Source of the DNA: Selaginella moellendorffii
Taxonomy: Eukaryota > Plantae > Lycopodiophyta
DNA length: 64,000 bases
Direction of reading: 5' to 3'
Assembly (NCBI RefSeq): GCF_000143415.4
Contig: NW_003314365.1
Location: 509,181-573,180 of the forward strand
Shown here: in pieces, positions 1 to 10,065 of the stretch
Layout: each line of letters starts with the position of its first letter
How positions within the stretch are numbered: the first letter of the stretch is position 1
Notes under the pieces: generated by a model
Databases searched by the model: none
What the model was told of the DNA's origin: nothing
What the model saw: only the letters and a program-made list of their open reading frames with translations
Program-made: the position numbers and the translations under genes

Positions 1-1411
1 GTCAGGTCTCTCCATGGAGAGAATCCTGTTATGATAATATGCAGTCCTGCAACTTCTCTGCTCGATGTTGTGGTCGAGCCGCCTTCTAACCAACGTCTCT
101 CGTTCTTGAGTGCTACAAGAATTCTTCGACAAAGCCATTTTGATAGCAGTGCACTCGTCACACTTTGAAAAGCTGGAGTACTTTCCTATACTCACATCCC
201 TGAACCTGTTGCTCCACAATCTACTAAATCTAGATTGGCTCAGCTTCCTCTAGCCATTACTCTGGAGTTCCCGATTCACATCTTCCAATATGGCCCCCTT
301 GGTATACATGGAAGGGAGAACTCGTTGGGTGTCTCGTGTTCCATCTTCCAAGAGGCGGGTTTTATGTGGTTGCTGCTCGCTACATGTCTCGACAAACCTC
401 TTGAAGATTGCCTCTCCATATACAACATGACCCCTGGTTTTGTGCGTACCGTCGTTCCCATGGACTGCCTGTTGAACCCTTTGTTCCTCGAACTCAGTTT
501 TGATTCTGTAGAATGTGCTTCGAGGGACTCCATAAATGATTCTCCATGCCTTCATGCAGACCAAACCCCTCTGGAAGACCATGTCCCCCCACCTGATGTT
601 CTGAAGCATCAACAAATGACCGTAATGCCTCATACACAAAATTACGAGCTGCCTTCCAGGACAATGTCTTGTATCTTGCTCTCTCCTCTTCAATAGCATC
701 CCAATCAGCATGTTGACAGCACCTCCTCTTGCAACAAGCAACTGTCGAGACCATTCGGACCTCCATCGCCATTTTTTGCCTTTTCGGTTCCTTGCTCAGA
801 TCCCTTTGGCTGCGCTTTAGGAAGGTGTACTTTCTTTTCCCATGAAGAGATGTTCTGTCATCAGTTGTAGTGGTGTTTGATTGTGAATCCTTCACATTCT
901 CAAACACTAAATGCCTCAATTTCCACCGCACAATGCTTCCAATAGTCAGACTGTTTTCTTCTGTGTCAACAACCTCTAAAATTGCAACTCCAATATCATC
1001 CCAGCCCAATTCTTGATTAGCAACCGCATCTCTTGGATCGACAACTGTGGCTAAGCCCTCAGCTACCACCTCCCCCTCGGGGTTGTTTAGAAACACCTTT
1101 GCCTGAATCCATGTAGCACGGTTCTTAAGATCCACGGAGGGAACATGCGTCGCACTTGCGCTGTCCCCAACATCTGCTTTCTTCTGCAGATTTTTCAAGG
1201 CAACAACAACATTTACCCCGACGACCATCTCTCCTCGTTCAATAGCGACCACATTCCCATCGAAGACAGTCTCTACTGATACAGCAGCATTGCCTTCCCC
1301 AAGCCTTTGACAGTGTATAACAAAGTTCCGATCCATAGACACAAGGGTCCCTTTTGCAACTCTCTTCCCACCATTCAAAATGTAAACCTTTTCCCCAACC
1401 CTGAAGGCCAT
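1..1411 (-). pseudogene. Transposase-like gene, N-terminal part: two Tnp1/En-Spm-like domains, then a Cys/His-rich region resembling DUF7869-type transposon proteins; disrupted
   Basis: ATG at 1411 directly after a TTTCAG acceptor. Repeats VAKGTLVSMD..IH...LG...VSV and VAEGLATVVDP..V....LG...VAI...VRW. Then CCKRRC, a frameshift near 600 into VCMKAWRIIYGVPRSTFY, and an in-frame TAG at 250-252. The frame then stays open to base 1: FSRLWSNRFRDVSIGKYSSFSKCDEC...LDHNIEQRSCRTAYY. The catalytic region would lie left of the window. Confidence 0.65.
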
Positions 1412-1590
1412 TCTGAAAGTGCAGAAAAGAAGTTAAGACCATACAAAAAATGATTGGAGAATGGCCTAAATCATAACATACCAAATAGCATGAGGCCACA
1501 TGCCATTATTCAAACATGCTATTGACACCCACGTGAAATTTCGCATTCACAAAATTGGCATGAGCCCTCATGCCATTAGTGGTACCACTA

Positions 1591-1782
1591 ATGGCATGAG
1601 GCCTCACGCTATCTTTGGCCCCTGCTAGCCTGTTGCTATATTCCTTTTGCCTTGTTGCAACTGTATATATTTTTGTGTGCGTGACTAGTCACCCATACAA
1701 AAATATATACAGTTGCAGCAAGGCAAAAGGAATATGGCAATAGGCTAGTAGGGGCCAAAGATGGCATGAGGCCTCATGCCAT
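1591..1782. repeat. 192-bp near-perfect loopless inverted repeat (fold-back) bounded by two palindrome copies
   Basis: Centred on GTGACT|AGTCAC (1681-1692). The 96-bp arms differ at 8 positions by my count. A smaller palindrome centred on GGTACC (1581-1586) overlaps its left end. Confidence 0.95.
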
Positions 1783-1974
1783 CTTGATATACACACAGCT
1801 GCAGGCAAGTAAAAACATACATGACAATACGCTAGCCATGAAATTGCAAGGGCCCAAGATGGCATGTGGCCTCATGCCATTTCTAAATGTGGTCCTAAAC
1901 CATTCCATGGTGAACATACCAGGAAGCACAAGTGCCGAATATCAAGAGGAAGCGGTAGCCACACCAAAGACAGT

Positions 1975-2044
1975 GCCGCTCGCAACACCGCAACTACTCG
2001 TAGCGCCGCTCGCAACACTGCAACTGCTCGTAGCGCCGCTCGCA
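1975..2044. repeat. 30-bp CpG-rich tandem repeat (about 2.3 units) in the probable 5' UTR exon of the transposase-like gene
   Basis: GCCGCTCGCAACACYGCAACTRCTCGTAGC repeated. A minus-strand donor-like GTATGT lies near 1919. Confidence 0.75.
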
Positions 2045-2398
2045 CAAACTGCCACTCGCATAAACTGCCGCTTGCAATGGCGCTCGCAATGCCGCAACCG
2101 CTTGTAGACGCATAAACCACAGCTCACAACGCCGCTTACACAAGCAACGCTCACTGCGCTCAGCAGAACCAAGAACACGGCACACAAAAATGATAGACCT
2201 AGGAATGAGTTCGAGAATTCAAAAATAACACACGCTTGAACGTCACATCAAATCCTCTGACAAACCAGATCTTATGATTCCTCTGACAAATTTCAAACTG
2301 AGTAGCTTCTAGACTTTGCTGTCGGAGGTTGAACTTTGTCACATCATGTCCTTGCCTCGATCCAGCTGTGCCATGTCAGTGATTCGAACTTTGCCATG

Positions 2399-2416
2399 CC
2401 ATGTCAGCGATCCGCG
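2399..2416 (+). promoter_or_regulatory. Plant histone-promoter type-I-like element (hexamer + octamer)
   Basis: CCATGTCAGCGATCCGCG versus consensus CCACGTCANCGATCCGCG (one mismatch), in the divergent intergenic region. Confidence 0.4.
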
Positions 2417-2870
2417 CCAAGATTATTCGCCGTGTAAAGGAATAATTATGCTGTGTGTGTACGTCCATTTATGGCAATATAAGGCCACATGCCATTCAAA
2501 GAATAATGCTAGTCGAGCATCTTTTGGTGCATTTTTGGGTTCAAAATTGCATGAGCCCACACGCTATAAAGTTTACCTGTACCAAAAATAGATAAACATT
2601 TTTAAACTTACAAACACATGCCCTACTTACATTCCTTTGGTTGCTTAAAATTCAAAAATATTATAAACCTTTCTTTTTGCATTTTCAATGTTTTCAATTA
2701 TGGTTTTTGATTTTCGCAGGACCAGCCTAGTAATCTATTTGCATCCCGTCATGTTTATAGCTAGCTTTCGTTTGTCCCCTTCGCTAGCCTGAGATACCTC
2801 TGCTCGGCATCTGCCGCTTACAGCATTTGCCCAGAAAGGGCATCTTTCTTCACGCAGCATTTGCCACATG

Positions 2871-2902
2871 TTTAGGGTTAGGGTTTAGGGTTTAGGGTTT
2901 AG
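2871..2902 (+). repeat. Short interstitial plant telomeric repeat / telo-box cluster
   Basis: TTTAGGG TTAGGG TTTAGGG TTTAGGG TTTAG. Confidence 0.85.
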
Positions 2903-4137
2903 CAATTCAGTAGCTTGATAAACATGCAAATACAGAACTTGATGCAAAATCCTTTGATATGTCACAATGCCCCTAGGACCATAAACACATTTCAATAGAG
3001 AGGGTCCTTTCATTTCATAACTCCTTACGTAGATCTTGGTGAAACCAGAGTTAGTGAAGTTGGTTTCTTGTGATCCCGCATCTGATTGTGATGTCCCTTT
3101 GCAGTGTCGATGGAAAGGTCAATGCACACCAAACTATAGAATCTTGGAGCAAAATAACGGTCGGATCTATGGCAAATGCCCCTGAAACATTGTAAGGCTC
3201 GTGTGGTCTCATGTGGTGTCCGATCGAGATGCTTCTTTGCAGGGTCATCAAGAAGGACATTGTATACCATTCTATAAAATCTAGTTGCGATCTAACGGTT
3301 GGATCTCCAGAAAACTCAAAACAATCTCGCGCGTGTCAGAATATTCTAGGAATATACTCCTATGTGCTCCTGAAAATGGCATGCGGCCCCACACCATTCA
3401 AGAGATAACGCCAGATGACGCCGAGCATTTTTTGGTGCATTTTTTGGGATCAAAATTGCATGAGCCCACATGCTTGAACGTCATCCTCTGACAATTTATT
3501 TAGCTGAACATCTGGCATTTTTGGAAATACAAGATGCTTTGGAATATCCAATCATGCATGGTATAAATATAGCGAGGGTATTAAATGATATCCCAATCAT
3601 GATCTTTCTTTTGGATTTCGCGTGCATGCAGTCCGAGGAATGATGACGTTGCGGATTTCTTTTGGATTTCACGCATGCGCGCGCCGATCCAGAAATTAAT
3701 GGTGGCACCCAAGTCTGAGAAATGATGACGTGGCGGGATTACCAACCGTCGTGACATTTCGCGCGTGTGAGGTTAGGTTTTGCATTTTGCTTCGTACTCG
3801 CGCTCGCACACTCGCGCTCGCATCGCGCTCCCACTCGCGCTCCCACTTCTCTACAGGTTTCTCGTGTGCATCGGCATCCACTCGCGCTTGCATCACACTC
3901 GCGCTCGCATCGCACTCGTGTGCATCGGCGTCCACTTCAAGACACACCCAGTTTGTAACTTCGCCGCCAACTCCGCCGCCCACTCCGCCACCCACACGCA
4001 GCCCACTTGGCGTCCCGGGAGATTTCAGCGCCACTCTCCAACTGTAAGTGGCAGAGTAGCCTTGCTGCTACGATCCGCTGCACACACAGTGCACATTCGC
4101 CAGCGAGTCCGGTTGTCACGCCTCCATTCGGCTTCAA

Positions 4138-7100
4138 ATGGTAAGTCTTTTAGGCCAAGTAGAAAATGGCATGAGGCCACATGCCATTCAGTAGCAACAT
4201 TGGCATGCACCGATTGGGCTCTCGAGTGCAGTCCGGTTACAGATGGCGTGTAGCCTCACGCCATCTTAGGATGCAACCTCAAGACATCTGATGCAGTGGT
4301 GAATGGCGTGTGGCCTCACGTTATTTCCAGCTACTAGCTTTTCATCTATCAGCTCTAATTGTTGTGCATTTCTGAACAGGCGAGGAATTGCGTTCTTCTT
4401 CCAGCCACTGTCAATGTGGATGCAGAGAAGGGGGAGGAGCTCACCAGTTGGACTTTCGGGATGGAAGGCGAGGATCTGAGGCTGTACAACACAGATGGTG
4501 GGAGAAAAGAATGCATGGGGATCCTCATCCAAGTGACAGACACTCCATGCAGTTCCATGCAAGAATATGGACTGGCACTTGTGGTAGAGACAGCGTCTGC
4601 CTTCAAGATCCACCTTGCACATCCTAGCGGCTTCCCGGAGGGGGGTAGCAGCTATGAGGAATTCCTAGAGGGAGCTAGGGAGAGGTTGTCCAGGAGGCCC
4701 ACAATTTCAAAGACGCTGCGGGTCTATGAAGATCACATGGAATCCACGGACCTCACCTACGGCGATGTTCAAAAACTATATTCCAACATTGAGCCGTTGA
4801 GAGTGACTCCAGTTCGCGAAGCAAAGGGGAAGGGGGTCGATCTGGAAACTACCTCGAAGCAGAAAAGGGTGGTCAAGCTCAAGCCGATGTCCGACTCTCC
4901 TGCTCCAAAAAAGAAGCTACTCAGTGATGCCATTGCCTCGGGTTCGAACACTACACCCACCAAAAAGAAGAGCCGCAAAGAGCAGAAAGAGCAAGAAGAG
5001 GCAGCAAAAATCGTCGCAGATAATAGTACTTGTTACTATTCCAACAAAGTATATACAATCGACGTGAGCCGTATCGACATCCAAAGCAAATACAACCACA
5101 GGCTAGTATCTGATGAGTGGGTGGAGAAATTGAAGCAGAAGATGCTGGCAAGTCCAGTAACACCCGACATCGCAAACGTGATCCCCTACTACCAAAAAAT
5201 GAAGGGCGAGATGAGGTTTCCAGACTTGATCAATAGGAAGGTGTTGGACGATCAGAACATCCGGTTCTATGCCGTCTCCGGGCAGCATTCTAGCTTGGTG
5301 ATGCAAGAGATAGTTGTGGATATTATGGTGGGCGAGGAGGTGAAGAAAGTCTTCAAGACAAGAGTTGTCCGCCTGATAAAAGGCAACTCGCCCCTCCGAT
5401 CTATCATATACATCTCCCACGCGCAGAATGTCAAGCAAGAAACGTGCTACAAATCGGGTCTGCACGAGACATTGGCACGAACACGGAAGCTCTGGGTTCA
5501 ACTAAAGAAGCCACAAAAACCAGGACAAGGACGTGCACTAGCAACTAGCGCCTGGCAGGTAAGCCTCGTTGTATGTGGCATAGCATGTGGCCTCACGCCA
5601 TTTCCATTGCAGGAATTCTCGAGTCTTCTCTCGAAAACACTGGGGGTCAATGACACACTCAGCATCCATAACATTCTACTCGCGACAAAAGTTGTTTTTG
5701 ACAAATGGGTAGATGTGCTGAGGAGGTACCATGACGGGGAGTTGCCAAACTCAATGGGTGTGGAGGACGGCCGGAAGCCCAATGATTTGAAGCTCAACGC
5801 CTTGCGTTTCTCGCGGTCTCTAGACGACGACGACCTTCTGACAGTGGCTAATGCTCTTCTACGTGGTGAGGTTGTCTTCAACAAGACCAAAATGACTCCC
5901 GGCCATATTGTGACATACGAGGACTTGTGCACGACTCTGAGAGCTCGTGTGCTATTGAAGGATTGGATCTTCGAGCAAGTGGCCGTGGAGAGGGTGAGCA
6001 TCAACACCACGCAAGAGATGATGGAAGCGCTGGAGTTGTCAAATGAAGACATCGACGAGTACGTGAAGGGGGCCCCCAAGTTCATCGATCTGCTGCGGGA
6101 TGCCACGAAAAGTAAAGCTGAGAAGTTGGATCAATATCCAAATTTCATTAAGATTGATGTCGACCGCCGGCTTCAGAAACAGCTCGACCCCGCAGCAAAG
6201 GCCTATCGAGAACCTTACCGGGTATACTTGAATTCGGATGAGGATCAAAGGTGGAGGAGCATCGTTTCCCGCGGAGATGAGCAGGTCAAGAACATCTTTT
6301 GTGTGATGGACTTCACAAATGAGGAAATCACTCATGCAGACGAAGTCAGCTCCATCATTGACTTAATGGTGGGACTTGCGGAGGTGGAATCTTCAGTCCA
6401 CTATATGATCTACGACTCCGAATCCTATCACAAGTTCTGGAAGGCCTTGAACGAGGTGAAGGCTCGGTTGAAAGGCAAGGAGATGCGGGAGATCCATGGG
6501 ATAATGGCTAAGAAGAAGATACCGACGAATGTCTGCATCTTCACACTCGCCCTTGTTATTGGTCCTGCAGCAGAGTGGGACTGGAGTGACTTCCCAGCTT
6601 CGTTCGACAAGGCCAATCGAATTGATCTGAGGGAGGTCAATTTACCCGTGCCTGAGGAACTGAAGACGGCTATGGAGCTTTCGAATCCAAAGAAAGCTCC
6701 AGGTGCAGCATGGGAAATGCTCAGCTGGGTCTTCAACGCAATAACGGGTGGGTCACCTGCTTCCGACTCCAAGGGCAAATGCGTTGTCGAGTACAACTGC
6801 GGCGAACTATTCTTTCGAGCCGCACTACTCAAGGGTGTCCCGTGTGTTGCGGTGACAAACTCCATTGAAGAGGTGACTTCAATGGAGCATATAATTACAG
6901 TTGCCAAAGAAAAACAGTATCTTCTCTGCGAACCTGGTGAGTACGCACTTTAAGTTTAAATGTTATCTCACAAGCTCTGTATGCAGGAGCGTGGCCACCC
7001 CCAGATGCTGAAACGACGTTAACAGCTACTGTTGAAGATACCCATGTTGGGCCGAGCTCACAACCTGCACAAGGTAAGGTCACGTGTGGCCTCACGCCAT

Positions 7101-9754
7101 TTTGATTATAGATCGTTGTGAATATTCAGACACGAGGACTGAAAAGCGCACTGGTGGCGCATCGAAGAAGGACAAACAGAAAAGCAATAGGAAAAAAGGA
7201 GGTACAAATTATATTTGCAATGGCGTGTGGTCTCATGCCATTCCTTGCAGGAGAAACTTCTTCAAAGGCAAAACAGGCAAGCACCAGCCAAGCTCAAACT
7301 GACAGTGGTCATAAAAAGCGAAAGCACGTTGGACAGTCGTCGAGATCAGAGGCGTTTGATTCGAAAAGGAAGAAGGGCAACGAAAAGATGATAGGTAATG
7401 CCTCGCGGTTATGGCGTGTGTGCTCATGCCATTCATTGCAGATCAAGGGCTGAGTGAAAGAAGGCAGTCACCACCTCATGACTCAGATTCCTATGGCGGA
7501 CTCCCCTTCCCCAATCTCAATGGAGAGGTACAATGGATGAGGGAAGCTTTTCAAGGCAGGGCCACGTTTTTCTCATCTCGTCGTCTTCGAAGGGTGCAAG
7601 AACGTGCAGAAACCATGTTAAGACAGTCGGGTGAGGATACGGTCCTAGGTCACACACTAAAACAGGCTATGGATGTCTTGTATTTTGAGATGGAGACTCG
7701 GCCAGATGATTTTCCCAAGATGGTCCTGGAAGAACAAGCCATCCAGCCTGAGCAGCCTATGGAAGAAATGCAGGAGGGGGATGAGGAGCCAGAGAAAGAT
7801 AATGAGCAGGAAGAGCAGAAGGACGAAGAGGAGGACAAAGAAGAGGAGGACGAAGAAGAGGAGGACGAAGAGGACTTGGATGGTCCTCACAATGGTGACG
7901 ATCACAATAACGACGACGACAATGATGACGACGATGGCCAGCCTGAGGTGGCCAAAGAGCGGTGGAGGAAGGTCATACAAGACAAACCATCAGGTAAATA
8001 CATCCATTCCTAACCTCTTACCATTTCTAACATTGTCCATGTAGGTCGCAGAGCAAATGGTAAGTAGAGATTATTCAGTTGAATTTACAAACTCTAGCCT
8101 TTAGTGTCGAGGAAGGATAGTGCCAAGCAAGGGTCGAAACGTATGTCCAATCCTTCAGAATCAGCAGTGCGCCCAAGTGATATCGGTCCTAGTTCCTCAA
8201 TAGCAGTTGATGGTAAATACAGTATAGTCGATTCAATGTGCTAATGAGTTTGTTTTTAGTAGCACGGGAGGATACCATCTCAATCGAAGGGAGATATTTG
8301 GACATGCATATGGATCCGCCAGTGGACTCTACTTGCCTGCAAGAGTCATCAGAGCTGGTGGAGGCTACTATCCATATCAACGCCAAGCAAGCTGACCACG
8401 CTCCACTTGATGCTGCCCATACCACTGAGTCAATCTTGTCCACGTATCCAACTGACGGTGACCAGGCACCATTGGACCCACATGAGGCCGCCCCAGCCGC
8501 CGAGCCGGTCGTATCCTCATTTCCAACGGACTCAACGTGTGCCCAATCGTCTGACTACGCGCCGTTGGAACCTCCCTACACCGCCCCTGCTGCCTGTTCG
8601 GTCATGTCCACTTTGCCAACGGAGGCACCAGCTGAAATGGCGTGTGATCACACGCCATCGGAACCACCCCATGCCACTGTTGAGCCAGTTGTACCAGAGT
8701 CTACAGCTGAAATGGCATGTGCCCACACGCCATCGGATGCGATTGACCCCACATTGCAGAGGAGAGTATTTTCGCCCTTCACGTTTCCTTGACCAAAACC
8801 CTCTCAACGACCATCGGGAGCAACATTCGCTAATATTGTAGATGGTAAAATTGACTTGTACCATTTTTTATGCTGACGCATTTCATTTCAGAGTCACGGC
8901 GAACGTACTGTATCGTTTTTTATCTGAACGGTGTCCTTTTCTCCCATGAGCGTGGCTCGTCCTCGAATGTCATTGCACCCTCCAAAGCCTGCGGTCGCAA
9001 GTTGGTCAAAAGAGACAGATTCACATTAATCACATGGGAGAAACTGCGGGATCTAATAATGACCATGCGACACTTAAAACAGAGGGCCGGGTTCAATTTG
9101 CAATTGGGAGTTTGGACATCCATGATGCGCCACAATGCATTAACGTTGCTACAAATGATGCACGATCAGACGCGAGTAATATTACCATTTGACTTTCTCC
9201 TAATGCAGGAGGATTGCTTGACTATGGTCCATGTGAGGGGTAGCAAGCCCATCTTCGTCAAACCAGAGGCTGTAGTGATGAACCGGACTGCTAGCTCAAG
9301 TGAAATCCTCATCATCGATGACTCGCCGATTAAAACTACAGCGAACACGCACACATATGCAGTGCACCCCATCTCTTGCAGTATGGAAACTAGGGAGAAG
9401 AAACCGTATGTTCTGGGGGACCTTGCAAAACGGCTTGGAGCGATGGTGATAGAGAACCGGCCAGTCCAGGAGGTGGCTGCAGAAATCAACCAAATGGCAG
9501 ATGGAACGGTATATCAGAAGCCATTTGATCGGACAGACACCAGTCATCATTTATGGCATGTATATTGTCTAGCCAAGCACTATCCGCATCTCCATAATCT
9601 GCTCAACCGGATGGGTTCTTCGACCACTGAACATGAGCGTGGACGTATTAGAGAAGAGATGGCATTACTATTGGGTTTAAATCCTGATAGTGTGGAGAGT
9701 GATGAAATTCCAAGATTATTGTATAGGCGTTGGAGGCAAAAAATAACAGTCTGA
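4138..9754 (+). CDS. 11-exon cargo gene (about 1640 codons): ParB/Srx-like domain, degenerate beta-class N4/N6 DNA-methyltransferase-like fold, basic/acidic linker, C-terminal FCP1/NIF HAD-phosphatase-like domain; one in-frame TGA at 8790-8792
   Basis: Exons 4138-4140, 4380-5558, 5613-6936, 6987-7073, 7130-7201, 7251-7394, 7442-7993, 8045-8059, 8105-8212, 8260-8844, 8892-9754 join in frame through GT-AG introns and link six separate track ORFs. Motifs: YNHRLVSDEWVEKLKQKM...FYAVSGQHS (ParB-like); KCVVEYNCGELFFRAALLKGVPCVAV (MTase motif I-like); IVFYLNGVL, LGVWTSM, KPIFVK, ILIIDDSPIK (FCP1-like). Confidence 0.75.
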
Positions 9755-9901
9755 GATGGCATGTATTTATTTAAAAATGTAACTTATTATGGCATGGGGT
9801 TCCATGCCATTGTATTAATATTAAAAGACAATTCTTTGAGAGGATTTGCATTATACTAGAAGTGTTACAGCATGTTATTGGAAGTCTACGAAGTTGTTTT
9901 A

Positions 9902-10065
9902 TTAATAATGGGAAAGTAAAGATTGAATGGGGACTTGGGCTCCACCTAGACTCGGAGCAACTGAGCCAATATTAAAAGGATGGAAAGAAATTGGACGACG
10001 ATGACAAGGAGAAGAGAGAGGTGAAGCAGTGGCAGGGGGAGGAGAAGTGATTGAGTAGACATTTC
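9902..10065 (-). CDS. Probable last exon of a third, convergent gene of the element, truncated upstream by an LTR insertion
   Basis: Open frame GNVYSITSPPP...SLLSHY* preceded on the minus strand by TTTTATTTTAAACAAG. A palindrome copy (10081) sits just upstream of this acceptor, as in the cargo-gene introns. Confidence 0.35.

Noticed and set aside
2871-2902. Real telomere or healed chromosome end
   Set aside because: Only about four units, internal to an element whose motif continues on both sides.
4359-6953. 864-aa ORF as a stand-alone intronless gene
   Set aside because: It starts inside an intron, reads through a 54-nt GT-AG intron and ends in the next intron. It is part of the 4138-9754 model.
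8790-8792. Premature stops rescued by RNA editing or readthrough
   Set aside because: Nuclear context. C-to-T decay of CGA/CAG explains them more simply.
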